A DNA stretch of 64,000 nt, from NCBI GenBank assembly GCA_964587655.1, contig CAZPMT010000014.1:4289-68288 (forward strand), in the 5' to 3' direction. The stretch is from an uncultured Nitrospiraceae bacterium (lineage in GTDB: Bacteria > Hydrogenedentota > Hydrogenedentia > Hydrogenedentales > SLHB01). Below, in pieces: positions 45,240-55,624 of the stretch (position 1 is the stretch's first letter; each line of letters begins with the position of its first letter). Below the pieces are notes generated by a model, which was given only the letters and a program-made list of their open reading frames with translations, was not told where the DNA came from and ran no database searches. The translations under genes and the position numbers were made by a program.

Positions 45240-47660
45240 TCACTCGACCACCTGAAAACGCTTTGTCCCGATAACGTGCCGGCCTGAAATGCTCACCGCA
45301 TAGCTGCCGGGGAACGCGTCAGCCGGGACCTTGATGACGGCCTCGCCGGGAACAGCGATTTCGGAAGGGATCACCTCGAGTCCCGGGGCGTTGATGCGCA
45401 CCTGGGTTTGAGGTGAGCCGCGAAGGACATTAAGTCGAATGGCCGTCGAGCCGCCCCTGTGGAGCGAAGGCAACGGATCGAAACTCACGAAACCTGGCCC
45501 GTCCGGTTTGCGGAGAATCACGAGCGCCCAGTTCGTATTCAAGCGGAGCTTTAGGTCCTCGCCTGCGCGCTCGATCTCGAGCGGCGTCCAGGTCAGCGTC
45601 TCGACGTCGCAGAGGACCGCGTCCGCCACCTTCGCCGCGAGTCCGGGCACCGTCAGGACGTATTCGTTGTGATAATCCGAGACAACGGTTCCTCGCGGCC
45701 AGATCGGATCCTGACACGCCGGGCGCGCGGCGACAATCGCCCAGTAGCCGTCGCCATCGAATCGTCGCGTGACGATCTGCGGATCCGAAGAGGGCGGATC
45801 TTCGTCGGCGACGTCTCCCCACACGAGCGCCTCGTGGACGGGAAACCGCGCGCACAACCATTTCCAGTCCATCGTGCTCACGTCGGAACCGACGCAATCG
45901 CCGCCCGGAAACCCTGACAGCGATCCCCACAGCGCGCCCGATGCGTACACGTACGTCCGGAATGGCCCGACCGCGAGACGCATCGGCGACAGGTCGCGCG
46001 GACACCGGCTCGTCAACGCGCCATGAAACCACTGACCCACCCAGTCGGCCGACCCTTCCGTGAGCAACAGCACGTCGGGATTGACAGCGATGGCCGCCTT
46101 GCGGACTTTCGAGAGCAGTTCCTTGAGCCAATCGTTATAGCCGAACGGCGAGTCGTGGTTGTGCGCCGGGTTGTAGCAAAGGAGATAGTAGAATCCGAGC
46201 GAATCGAGACGAACGGCGTCCGCGCCCGTTTCACGAAGAAGACGCGCAACCATCGCGGCGAGATGATCCTGCCACTCGACGCAGCCCGGGCACATATGAT
46301 AGAAGCCCTGCTTGCTGTAGTTGCCGGTAATCGTTCCGTCCCTGTGCATAATGGCCCACTGTTTTCCCTTGCCCGATTTCACGAGGTCGCTATCCTCGTG
46401 GACGATGTATCCTTCAACATAAAGGGACGCATGAAGGCCGAGACGGTGAAGGCCCGCAATGCCTTCGCGCATGGCTTCCGCGCCGCCCATGTCCTCGCGG
46501 ATTATGTTATCGCCGTCGGTATGCGGGCTGTAGGAGCCGCCCTCGGTGAGCATTGAAGTGCGGCAATAGAACGCGTACTCCCAACTGTCGATGGGAGCGA
46601 GAATCTGTGCGGCGGGTATTTCGCGGAAACTGTCCAATACGACTTGTCCCGTGTAACCGGACTTGATTCCCGGCCCGGCCTTCTTGAAATGGATGCCGTT
46701 GTTGCCGTTCGATTCGCGAAACCAGGCCGGCGGCTCCGGGTGCGCGTATGCCTGATCGTACCAGGCGCGATACGCCCGCGCGGCGGGACGCCAATCGCCC
46801 TTGTATACGATCAGCCGAACCGGCGGAATGTCCACCGATGCGCCCGGCGCAAGTTTGATCGGCGGGAAGTAGTGCAGGGCGATCGCCGGTTCCTGCAAGA
46901 GCAGACGCTTGGGACGGACGTCCGGGTCCATGAAAATCAGGGCAAGTGCATCCTTAGTGGCGGGGTCCCAGATGGCATGCCACTGCATCGAGAGTTGATT
47001 GCTCTCGCCCAGTACGCCTCCATGACGCTCCCACGCAGGCACAACGATCCCCGCCTGATCCATGGCGGTGGCGAGGTCCTTGGAAGGATCCGGTCCGAGG
47101 CGCACCCCATCGAGATACGGGAAACAGACGAGAAACTCGCGCGGCTCGGGGCCCGTGTTCGTGACGCGCAGGGACCAGTCCGACGCGCCGGCTTGATCGG
47201 TGAAGCGCACACGCAGGAGCACCTCGAACCCGTGGCCCCCATAGTGCAGGCCGAGACCGTCATCCCGGTCCACTCTCAGAAGACTACAAGTGCCGGGCTG
47301 GACCAACGTGCGCGTGATCGATGCCGGCTCATCGAACACCAACTGGAACTTATCGTTGGTTGCAATATCGAATTCCTTAGTGAGGTCGGCATAGATCCGG
47401 AACGGCATGGTTCCGCTGTCGGCAGCCTTGAGACATGAAGCCCCGGTGACCTGGTTTGTGATACCTAGAAGCCCGCCATTGTGCGGATCAAACGAGATCC
47501 GGCAAAACGCGTTCTCAAGCGTGATCATGGGCTGGCCCGCATCTTCGCGAAGAACCGGATCGGCGGACTGTGATGATGCGCCCGTTGACACGGAACTCAG
47601 CAAGCAGAGAATACCAAACGAAAACAACCAACAGGGCGCACCCCCCTTCTTGAGCAGCAT
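45240..47660 (-). CDS. Secreted putative glycoside hydrolase of unknown family. Co-directional with the downstream SSF transporter, with a 40-bp gap
   Basis: Signal peptide 'MLLKKGGAPCWLFSFGILCLLSSVSTGASS'. GGAGG RBS 5 nt upstream of the ATG at 47660. Large Trp/Tyr-rich body. Confidence 0.55.
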   Translation of the reverse strand: MLLKKGGAPCWLFSFGILCLLSSVSTGASSQSADPVLREDAGQPMITLENAFCRISFDPHNGGLLGITNQVTGASCLKAADSGTMPFRIYADLTKEFDIATNDKFQLVFDEPASITRTLVQPGTCSLLRVDRDDGLGLHYGGHGFEVLLRVRFTDQAGASDWSLRVTNTGPEPREFLVCFPYLDGVRLGPDPSKDLATAMDQAGIVVPAWERHGGVLGESNQLSMQWHAIWDPATKDALALIFMDPDVRPKRLLLQEPAIALHYFPPIKLAPGASVDIPPVRLIVYKGDWRPAARAYRAWYDQAYAHPEPPAWFRESNGNNGIHFKKAGPGIKSGYTGQVVLDSFREIPAAQILAPIDSWEYAFYCRTSMLTEGGSYSPHTDGDNIIREDMGGAEAMREGIAGLHRLGLHASLYVEGYIVHEDSDLVKSGKGKQWAIMHRDGTITGNYSKQGFYHMCPGCVEWQDHLAAMVARLLRETGADAVRLDSLGFYYLLCYNPAHNHDSPFGYNDWLKELLSKVRKAAIAVNPDVLLLTEGSADWVGQWFHGALTSRCPRDLSPMRLAVGPFRTYVYASGALWGSLSGFPGGDCVGSDVSTMDWKWLCARFPVHEALVWGDVADEDPPSSDPQIVTRRFDGDGYWAIVAARPACQDPIWPRGTVVSDYHNEYVLTVPGLAAKVADAVLCDVETLTWTPLEIERAGEDLKLRLNTNWALVILRKPDGPGFVSFDPLPSLHRGGSTAIRLNVLRGSPQTQVRINAPGLEVIPSEIAVPGEAVIKVPADAFPGSYAVSISGRHVIGTKRFQVVE

Positions 47661-48019
47661 CTCGACCTCCATCCCGGTGATCGTTCCATACCCTGAACTC
47701 CCACAACGTAACACTACGCCCAGATGATATCAAGCAAGCATGTAGCAAGCATGTAGACACGTCTCCTTCTTCGTGAGACAACGGAATAGCCCCAAAGGTG
47801 GGTAAGGACCTCGCGCCGTGTCATTGCGAACGAAGTGAAGCAATCTAGTCCGTTGCGCTCAATGGGTTGCCACTTGCACTCGAATGGTTGATGGATAGAC
47901 AATTCGGCGTCGAGTCGTACTTGGACTGGATCGATCCGGTGGTGTCTCTGAACGTTTCCCGGATGCCACGCGTGTTGGCTATAGTAGTGTCCGCTGGGAC
48001 AAATGGAGAGGAGGAATCG

Positions 48020-48133
48020 ATGGACAACATCATTTCGGATGCGTTTTATTTCATCGTAGCCCACAAATGGTGGCTTATCGCCTGTGTTCCCATTCTACTC
48101 GCGCTGATCGTCGTGCGGCTTCTGAATCGCTAG
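48020..48133 (+). CDS. Small ORF (37 aa) encoding a single-TM peptide, upstream of cstA
   Basis: 'MDNIISDAFYFIVAHKWWLIACVPILLALIVVRLLNR'. GGAGAGGAGG RBS 5 nt upstream of the ATG at 48020. Confidence 0.3.
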   Translation: MDNIISDAFYFIVAHKWWLIACVPILLALIVVRLLNR

Positions 48134-48277
48134 GTGTTATTCCGTTCCTCTGGCCGCGCGAAGCATGTTTCTTCTGCTCCGCGGCCCGAGTCGGGAACGC
48201 GCAATTGAGGAGGCAACAGACGGCGAGTATAATCGAATGAGAGCAGGAGCCTGTCCCCGGTCGAAGGAGATGAACCC

Positions 48278-50035
48278 ATGGTGGTATTGCTTTATCTCTT
48301 CCTGGCATTGATAGCCTTTGGCATCGCGATGCAGGTTTACGGCAAGTTTCTGGCGCGGCAACTGGGCGAGGACGTCCAGCGTCCGACACCCGCGCATGTG
48401 ATGAATGACGGGCGCGATTTTGTTCCCACAAAGCCGTACGTTCTTTTCGCGCATCACTTCTCCGCCATTGCCGGGGCGGGCCCGATTCTTGGGCCGACGG
48501 TGGCGATCCTTTACGGTTTTGTTCCTGCATGGCTATGGGTGGTCTTCGGCGGCATCTTTATCGGGGCGGTTCACGACTTTATGGCCCTGTTCATCTGCAT
48601 GCGCGAAGGCGGCCGTTCGATGGCGGAAGTCGCGAGAAAGACGCTTGGCAGCGGGGGGTTCCTTCTCTTTATCCTGTTCACGATCCTTATGCTCTTGCTC
48701 GTCACCTCGTCGTTCCTTAGCGCGGTGTCGATGTCGCTGACCTCGCTCTGGCCGATGGACAAGATGGGGCTTTCCGAGGGCCAGACCTTGTTGAAAACGG
48801 TCGTCGACGAGAACGGCGTGGTGATGGGGCGCATCGGCGGGATCGCCTCGACCTCCGTCGTCATCATCACTCTGTTTTCGCCGCTTCTCGGTTGGCTGAT
48901 ATACAAGAGGAACATGCACGGCGGCGCCGCATATCTTCTGGCGGCCATCATCTGCATCGGTTCAATCGTGGCGGGTATTGTCTTCCCGATCACCTTATCC
49001 AGCACAACCTGGACGATCGTCATGTCGGTCTACGTTTTCTTCGCGGCCGGTGTACCCGTATGGATGATCTTGCAGCCGCGCGACTTTATCAACGTTCAGA
49101 TCTTATACGCCGGGATTGGCTTGCTGGTGGTTGCCCTGCTCGTGGCGGGCGCGACCGGCGCAACGTTCACGATGCCGTCAAGCAATATTAAGGAGGGGGT
49201 CGCGAACCTCGGGTTCATCTGGCCGATGATGTTCATCATGATCGCGTGCGGCGCGATCTCGGGATTCCATTCGCTGGTCGCCGGGGGCACTACCACGAAG
49301 CAGCTTAACAACGAACGCGACGCCCGCCGGATAGGATTCAACGCAATGCTGCTCGAATCGCTACTGGCAGTGTGCGTCCTGCTCGCAATCGGCATCGGAC
49401 TCACCTTCGACGACTACAAGAGCATCGTTTATCCCGTCGTGACGGGCGTGAAATCAAACCCCATCCTCGCGTTCAGCCTCTCGGTCGGCCACTTGGTGCA
49501 CAACGCGCTGCACATCCCTATCGACTTGGGTACGGTGTTCGGGATACTGCTTGTAGAAGGTTTTGTCATCACGACGCTCGATGCGGCGGTCCGGTTGAAC
49601 CGTTATCTCTTTGAAGAGCTGTGGGACATGATCTTTGCGAAGCCTCCGGCGCTACTGAAGAGCTACTTGTTCAACTCGGGTCTGGCGGTCGTTTTGATGT
49701 GGGTGCTTGCCTACACGAACGCTTTCAATACGCTCTGGCCGATCTTCGGCGCCGCAAACCAACTGTTGGCCGCGTTGGGGTTGATCACGGTGACGGTCTG
49801 GCTCATGCTCAAGGGGAAGAAGTACTTTTTTGCCGTTGCGCCCGCGCTGTTCATGCTGACGACCACGCTGGCGTCGCTTGTCATCCTCCTGTTCCAGTAC
49901 ATGAAGAAGTCCAACTACATTCTCGCCGCAACGGCGGTCCTTATGCTGGCCCTCTCGACCGGCGTCATCTACCTTGTCGTAAAGAGGGTTTTTGGCCGTG
50001 CAGCCGTTGCGCACGCTGAAGACCAAGCCGCCTGA
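48278..50035 (+). CDS. cstA: Carbon starvation protein CstA (peptide/pyruvate transporter family)
   Basis: N-terminal 'FVPTKPYVLFAHHFSAIAGAGPILGPTVA' is the CstA signature. About 16 TM helices. Confidence 0.9.
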   Translation: MVVLLYLFLALIAFGIAMQVYGKFLARQLGEDVQRPTPAHVMNDGRDFVPTKPYVLFAHHFSAIAGAGPILGPTVAILYGFVPAWLWVVFGGIFIGAVHDFMALFICMREGGRSMAEVARKTLGSGGFLLFILFTILMLLLVTSSFLSAVSMSLTSLWPMDKMGLSEGQTLLKTVVDENGVVMGRIGGIASTSVVIITLFSPLLGWLIYKRNMHGGAAYLLAAIICIGSIVAGIVFPITLSSTTWTIVMSVYVFFAAGVPVWMILQPRDFINVQILYAGIGLLVVALLVAGATGATFTMPSSNIKEGVANLGFIWPMMFIMIACGAISGFHSLVAGGTTTKQLNNERDARRIGFNAMLLESLLAVCVLLAIGIGLTFDDYKSIVYPVVTGVKSNPILAFSLSVGHLVHNALHIPIDLGTVFGILLVEGFVITTLDAAVRLNRYLFEELWDMIFAKPPALLKSYLFNSGLAVVLMWVLAYTNAFNTLWPIFGAANQLLAALGLITVTVWLMLKGKKYFFAVAPALFMLTTTLASLVILLFQYMKKSNYILAATAVLMLALSTGVIYLVVKRVFGRAAVAHAEDQAA

Positions 50036-50047
50036 CCTCTTCGCGCC

Positions 50048-50150
50048 GTCATTCCCGCGAAGGCGGGAATCCAGCAAAGGGCGGGAATGATGTGTGGGGC
50101 GCGCGGATTGATTGCGGATGATTCTGGATTCCCGCCTTCGCGGGAATGAC
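50048..50150. repeat. Hairpin-forming inverted repeat (27-bp arms) between cstA and the next gene
   Basis: Left arm GTCATTCCCGCGAAGGCGGGAATCCAG; right arm CTGGATTCCCGCCTTCGCGGGAATGAC. Each arm also contains a TCCCGCGAAGGCGGGA palindrome. Confidence 0.7.
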
Positions 50151-50226
50151 GATTGGGAGCGGTCTTTCTTTGTTATTATGTACTTGCGCGTGGCCGTGAA
50201 CGATTGCGCAACAAGAAGGGTGACAC

Positions 50227-52047
50227 ATGAAACGGAAAAGAGGTTGCTTGTTCCGAGTCGCGCAGGGAGCAGTGGTTGTGTTGCTGCTGTTTGCCGCGCT
50301 TGTATACTTCTATTGGGTCTTTCCGTTCTGGGGCATGCCGTTCAACGGGCAGCGGCACACGCGCGTGCCGATAACGCCGCCGTGGGCGCTCGAATGCTGG
50401 GTTTGGGAGGATGACGTGAACACCGCGGCGGCCGTCACGGAATTGCTCGACGGTTACGCCGCAAACGACATCCCCGTGCGAACTATCCTCATCGACAGCC
50501 CCTGGAGCACGCGATACAACGATTTCATCGTCGATGAGGCGCGTTACCCGAAGCCCGCGGAGTTCTTCAAGGACCTTCAGGACCGGGGCTATCGCGTGGT
50601 GCTGTGGATGACGTGTATGGTCAACAGCAAGAATCCGGATACCCCCATCAAGGATGCGAGCGACTGGTTCGAGGACGCCAAGAAGAAGGGCTATCTCGTC
50701 GGCGACGGATATGAATGGAAGTGGTGGAAGGGCTGGGGGGGCTTCATCGATTACACTAACCCGGACGCGATGCGCTGGTGGCGCGGCATGCAGCAGTCCG
50801 TGTTCGACTGGGGCATTGACGGCTGGAAACTCGACGGGACCGACACGTTCTTCACGAGCCGGTTGTTCGGAAGGATCCCTGTGCCGTATCAGCGGACGCA
50901 CCAGGGCTGGATGACCACGCGCGGCTACATGGACCACTACGCACGCGACGAATATCAACATGGACTCACGCAGAATCCGGAATTCATCACGCTGATTCGC
51001 GCGATTGACACGCCGATTGCTCACCCGGAAGGCTTCGCGCCCTTGGATGCCGCCCCGGTGACGTGGATAGGCGACCGCACGCACACGTGGAAAACGGACC
51101 CTCCGAAAATAGACGAGGGCGACAACACGAAGGACCTGATGATGAAGGGCGTGATCACCAAGGTCCTCGGCAACAGGGGCTTTGAAGGGGCGCTCCGCGA
51201 CATCCTGTTGAGCGCGAAGCGCGGCTATTGCGTCGTCGGCGATGATATCGCGGGCTACCACGGCGACAGCCTCATCCCGCCGCATCTGTATATTCGCTGG
51301 GCGGAGTTCGCGTCCTTCACGGGGTTGTTCTTGAACGGCGGACACGGCGAGCGCCGGATGTGGAAGAGGTCGCAGGAGGAACTCGAGATCATCCGGAAGT
51401 TTTCGTGGCTTCACACGGAACTTGCGCCGTACATGTACACGCATGTGGTGTTGTGCCACGAGGGCGGCAAGCCGCTGATGCGCCCCGTGAAGGGCAAGTA
51501 TCACTATCTGTTCGGCGACGATTTCCTTGTGGCGCCAATCTACAAGGACAACACGGTCAATACCGTCACGCTGCCGAAAGGCCGCTGGCGTTATCTGTTT
51601 GACGATCGCGAGGTCATCGAGGGTCCGGCGACCGTCACGCGCGAGTTCCCTCTCGACGAGCTTTCCGTCTACGTGCGCGACGGCGGCATCATCCCCATGA
51701 ACGTGACGCGGGCCTACACGGGTTTCGGCGATGCGAATTCCGCGGGATATTTGACTCTGAACATTTATCCCTTTGAGACCAGCACTTTCACGGTCCAGCA
51801 TACCGACGGTTCCGGCCAGACCACGGTGCGCGTGAGTCAGCACGAGGACATCGACATCACGCTTACCGGCGTCCAGAAGCCGCATATTCTCCGCGTTCTC
51901 TCCCCAAACAAACCGCAAGAGATCGCGCTGGACGAGAAACCGCTCGCCGAAGGCACGGACTGGCGTTACGATGCGCAGGACCAGCGCCTGTGGGTCACGA
52001 CGAAAAGCTACGCCGAGGGCCGTTACCGGATAACGTATGCGAAGTAA
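50227..52047 (+). CDS. Membrane-anchored TIM-barrel glycoside hydrolase (GH31/GH13-like)
   Basis: Signal-anchor 'AVVVLLLFAALVYFYWVF'. 'IDSPW...VVLWM...GIDGWKLDGTD' resembles the nucleophile-strand motif of alpha-glucosidase-type TIM barrels. Confidence 0.5.
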   Translation: MKRKRGCLFRVAQGAVVVLLLFAALVYFYWVFPFWGMPFNGQRHTRVPITPPWALECWVWEDDVNTAAAVTELLDGYAANDIPVRTILIDSPWSTRYNDFIVDEARYPKPAEFFKDLQDRGYRVVLWMTCMVNSKNPDTPIKDASDWFEDAKKKGYLVGDGYEWKWWKGWGGFIDYTNPDAMRWWRGMQQSVFDWGIDGWKLDGTDTFFTSRLFGRIPVPYQRTHQGWMTTRGYMDHYARDEYQHGLTQNPEFITLIRAIDTPIAHPEGFAPLDAAPVTWIGDRTHTWKTDPPKIDEGDNTKDLMMKGVITKVLGNRGFEGALRDILLSAKRGYCVVGDDIAGYHGDSLIPPHLYIRWAEFASFTGLFLNGGHGERRMWKRSQEELEIIRKFSWLHTELAPYMYTHVVLCHEGGKPLMRPVKGKYHYLFGDDFLVAPIYKDNTVNTVTLPKGRWRYLFDDREVIEGPATVTREFPLDELSVYVRDGGIIPMNVTRAYTGFGDANSAGYLTLNIYPFETSTFTVQHTDGSGQTTVRVSQHEDIDITLTGVQKPHILRVLSPNKPQEIALDEKPLAEGTDWRYDAQDQRLWVTTKSYAEGRYRITYAK

Positions 52048-52063
52048 GGCCGTTTGTGTATAG

Positions 52064-54352
52064 ATGACGCGGCGACTCGAAATAACTGTCCGGGGCATGG
52101 TCCAAGGCGTGGGGTTCCGCCCGTTCGTCCACGGTCTGGCGGCGCGATTGCGCCTCGCGGGTTTCGTGCGTAACGAGCCGCACGGCGTGGAAATCGAAGT
52201 GGAAGGCCCGTCTCCCGCTGTCGATGCGTTCGTTGCGCAGTTGGAAACATCCGCTCCGCCGCTCGCCCGCATTCAAGAGGTTCTGACTCGGGAACGGCCT
52301 GCCTCGGGGGAAAAGACGTTCGTTATCAGGCGGAGCGCGTGCGTCGGCGAACGCACGGTGCTCATTGCGCCGGATCAGGCCACATGCGGCGACTGTCTCC
52401 GCGAGTTGCGCGACCCAAAAGATCGGCGGTATCGGTATCCCTTCATCAACTGCACGAATTGCGGGCCGCGCTACACGATCATCCGCGACGTTCCGTACGA
52501 CCGCGCCAATACGACGATGGCCGAGTTTACGATGTGCCGGGACTGCCGCGCGGAGTACGAGAATCCGGCCGATCGACGGTTCCACGCCGAGCCGGCGTGT
52601 TGTCCCGCTTGCGGGCCGCGTGTCGAACTGCTCGACGGGCAGGGTGGCCGCGTCGTTTGCACGGATCCGATTGCCGAAACGATCCGCCTGCTGTCGGAAG
52701 GGCAAATCGTTGCCGTCAAAGGGCTCGGCGGGTTCCATCTGGGCTGCGACGCGACGTGCGCGGAGGCCGTCCGCCTGTTGCGACGCAGGAAACAGCGCGA
52801 CCTGAAGCCGTTCGCGCTCATGGTGCGCGATCTCGACACGGCGGCACGGATCTGCGAGGTCTCGGACGAGGCGCGCGCCGCACTCGTCCATCCGGAACGG
52901 CCCATCTTGCTAATGAAAAAGCGATCGGGAAATGGGATCGCGGACGAGGTTGCACCGCGAAGCGACTCGTTCGGCGTGATGCTTCCGTACACCCCCGTTC
53001 ATGAATTGCTGATGGAAGGGCCGTTCGATGCCCTCGTCATGACGAGCGGGAACCTCACCGACGAGCCCATCGCGTTCACCAACGAGGATGCGCTGGCGCG
53101 TCTCAAGGGTCTTGCGGACTACTTCCTTTTGCACAACCGCGCCATTCACATCCGAACCGACGATTCGGTGGCGCGCGTCATTGCCGGGCGGCAGCGATTC
53201 CTCCGCCGTTCGCGAGGCTATGCGCCGTTCCCCGTGGCGCTTCCAGTCGGGACCGCGGGCCGCGAGATCCTCGCCGTCGGCCCTGAACTCAGCGCCACGC
53301 TCTGCCTCACGCGCGGGTCCCAGGCGTTCTTGAGCCATCATCTCGGCGATCTCTACAACCTTGCCGCCTACGACGCCTTCCTTCAAGCCATCGAGCACTT
53401 GGAGAACCTTCTCGCCGTCGCGCCATCCCTAATCGCCTGCGACATGCACCCGGCCTACGCCTCGACACGATATGCGCGGTCATGCGGCCTCCCCGTGATC
53501 GCCGTGCAGCATCATCACGCGCACATTGCGTCTGTCCTGGCGGAGTCGGGCCGCACGGACAAAGTGATCGGCGTTGCGTTCGACGGACTCGGTTGGGGCG
53601 AGGACGGGACCGTTTGGGGCGGCGAGTTTCTAGTGTGCGATCTGGGCGGCTATCAGCGCGTGGGGCATCTTGCCGTTGTGCCACAGCCCGGCGGCGACGT
53701 CTCATCGAAGAAAACGGTCCGCATGGGATACGTCTACCTGCGGGAGGCATACGGCGAGCGCGCCGAACGCCTCGCGGAAGCGCTCGAGCCCGATCTCTCC
53801 GCCGGCGAGCGCCGTGTTATTGCACAGCAGATCGATCTCGGCGTCAACTGTCCCGGCACATCCAGCATGGGACGCCTCTTCGATGCCGCAAGCGCGCTTC
53901 TCGGCATTTGCACGGAAAACACGTACCACGCGCAAGCGCCCATCGAACTCGAGGCGATGGCCTGGGAGGCCAGTGATGAGTCAGGCGTCTACCAGTGCGC
54001 CATCGAAGAAACAGTTGAAGGCGCGTACGCCGTCCGCGCGTCCGATATCATCCGCGCTATGGTCGATGATTTCGGCAACGGCGCATCTCAGGCAATCTGC
54101 GCGGCCCGCTTCCACAACTCGATCTCGCATGCGGCGGTCGAGGTCTGCAAGAAGATCCGCGAGAAGACCGGGCTGGAAACCGTGGCCTTGTCCGGCGGCG
54201 TGTTTGCAAACGCGTACCTCTTGGAGCGTATGATGCCGCTCCTCGAAGAGGAGGGCTTTGAGGTGCTCCTGAATTCATTGACTCCCGCGGGCGATGGGGG
54301 CGTATGCCTCGGGCAGGCGGCCGTCGCCGCATGGAGGTGCAGATGTGTTTAG
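52064..54352 (+). CDS. hypF: [NiFe]-hydrogenase maturation carbamoyltransferase HypF
   Basis: Acylphosphatase N-terminus 'VRGMVQGVGFRPFV'. Two Zn fingers 'CGDCLREL...CTNCGPRYT' and 'CRDCRAEY...CPACGPR'. YrdC and Kae1-like C-terminal domains. Confidence 0.9.
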   Translation: MTRRLEITVRGMVQGVGFRPFVHGLAARLRLAGFVRNEPHGVEIEVEGPSPAVDAFVAQLETSAPPLARIQEVLTRERPASGEKTFVIRRSACVGERTVLIAPDQATCGDCLRELRDPKDRRYRYPFINCTNCGPRYTIIRDVPYDRANTTMAEFTMCRDCRAEYENPADRRFHAEPACCPACGPRVELLDGQGGRVVCTDPIAETIRLLSEGQIVAVKGLGGFHLGCDATCAEAVRLLRRRKQRDLKPFALMVRDLDTAARICEVSDEARAALVHPERPILLMKKRSGNGIADEVAPRSDSFGVMLPYTPVHELLMEGPFDALVMTSGNLTDEPIAFTNEDALARLKGLADYFLLHNRAIHIRTDDSVARVIAGRQRFLRRSRGYAPFPVALPVGTAGREILAVGPELSATLCLTRGSQAFLSHHLGDLYNLAAYDAFLQAIEHLENLLAVAPSLIACDMHPAYASTRYARSCGLPVIAVQHHHAHIASVLAESGRTDKVIGVAFDGLGWGEDGTVWGGEFLVCDLGGYQRVGHLAVVPQPGGDVSSKKTVRMGYVYLREAYGERAERLAEALEPDLSAGERRVIAQQIDLGVNCPGTSSMGRLFDAASALLGICTENTYHAQAPIELEAMAWEASDESGVYQCAIEETVEGAYAVRASDIIRAMVDDFGNGASQAICAARFHNSISHAAVEVCKKIREKTGLETVALSGGVFANAYLLERMMPLLEEEGFEVLLNSLTPAGDGGVCLGQAAVAAWRCRCV

Positions 54353-54573
54353 CCATACCCGCGCGGATCGTTGAGGTCGCGGGCTCCCGCGCGCGCGTGT
54401 CCCTCGAGGGCAACGTGCGCGAGGCCGACCTCAGTCTCGTGGAAGACGCCGGCGTAGGCGATTGGGTCCTGGTGCATGCGGGTTTCGCCATAGAAAAGCT
54501 GTCGCCGGAGGACGCGGAAGAGACGTTGAGTCTGATCATGCAGATGCAGGAGGGCGCCCGTGACGAGCCTTGA
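54343..54573 (+). CDS. hypC: Hydrogenase assembly chaperone HypC
   Basis: Starts 'MCLAIPARIVEV', the invariant MC(L/I)(A/G)(I/V)P N-terminus. GGAGG RBS 5 nt upstream. Overlaps the hypF stop. Confidence 0.85.
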   Translation: MCLAIPARIVEVAGSRARVSLEGNVREADLSLVEDAGVGDWVLVHAGFAIEKLSPEDAEETLSLIMQMQEGARDEP

Positions 54574-55624
54574 TCCCGCGCCGCTGATTGCGCGCGTGCA
54601 TCGCGCCGCGGAGGAGATCGGCCGCCACGTCCGCCTCATGGAGGTATGCGGCACCCACACGCACGCGATCGGGCGCGGCGGATTGCGCGCCGTGATGCCG
54701 CCGAACATCGAACTGGTTTCAGGCCCGGGGTGTCCCGTGTGCGTGACGTCGCAGCGCGACGTCGAGCGCATGCTTCTTCTGGCGAAACAACCCGGGTTGG
54801 CTATCTGCACGTTCGGCGACATGATCCGCGTTCCGGGCATCACTTCCTGCCTCGAACGCGAGCGAACATCGGGCGCGGACATCCGCGTCGTCTACTCGGC
54901 GCTCGACGCGCTCGAACTGGCCAAGCGCGAGCCGCAACGCGAGGTTGTTTTCCTTGCGGTCGGATTCGAGACGACTTCGCCGGGTGTTGCCTCGGTGATA
55001 TTTCAGGCGCACGAAAAGGGCCTCAATAACTTCTCGATGTACGTCTCGCATAAGCTTATTCTCCCGGCTATGGAGGCCGTGCTCAGCGGCAAGTCGCGCA
55101 TCGACGGTTTTCTCACGCCGGGCCACGTGTCCGTCATCCTCGGCGCGGAGGCCTACGAACCGATCTCGCTCAAGTACTCTGTTCCGTGCGTCGTCACGGG
55201 ATTCGAACCGGCAGACGTGCTCGAAGGAATCGCCATGCTGCTCGGCTGCCTGGCCAGGGGTGAAATCGGCTCGTTCGTCCAGTACACGCGCGCCGTCAGG
55301 CCGGGCGGCAACCGCAGGGCTTGGGATACGCTCATGAGCGCGTTCGACGTAACGGACGGAGAATGGCGCGGCCTCGGCGTGATCCCCGAAAGCGGGCTTG
55401 CGCTCAAGCCGGCGTTCGGCGGGTTTGACGCGGCCCAACGCTACCGTCTGCCGGAGGTGGACGACGTGAAGCTGCCCGGCTGCCGGTGCGGCGAAGTGTT
55501 GAAGGGGCTAATCCACCCGCCCGAGTGTCCGTTGTTCGGCAATCAGTGCACGCCCCGGACGCCGCTCGGACCGTGCATGGTCTCGTCGGAAGGCTCATGC
55601 GCCGCGAGGTACAAGTATGGCTGA
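54560..55624 (+). CDS. hypD: Hydrogenase maturation factor HypD
   Basis: 'MEVCGTHTHAI', 'GPGCPVCV' and C-terminal 'CRCGEVL...PPECPLFGNQCTP' Cys motifs. Confidence 0.9.
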   Translation: MTSLDPAPLIARVHRAAEEIGRHVRLMEVCGTHTHAIGRGGLRAVMPPNIELVSGPGCPVCVTSQRDVERMLLLAKQPGLAICTFGDMIRVPGITSCLERERTSGADIRVVYSALDALELAKREPQREVVFLAVGFETTSPGVASVIFQAHEKGLNNFSMYVSHKLILPAMEAVLSGKSRIDGFLTPGHVSVILGAEAYEPISLKYSVPCVVTGFEPADVLEGIAMLLGCLARGEIGSFVQYTRAVRPGGNRRAWDTLMSAFDVTDGEWRGLGVIPESGLALKPAFGGFDAAQRYRLPEVDDVKLPGCRCGEVLKGLIHPPECPLFGNQCTPRTPLGPCMVSSEGSCAARYKYG

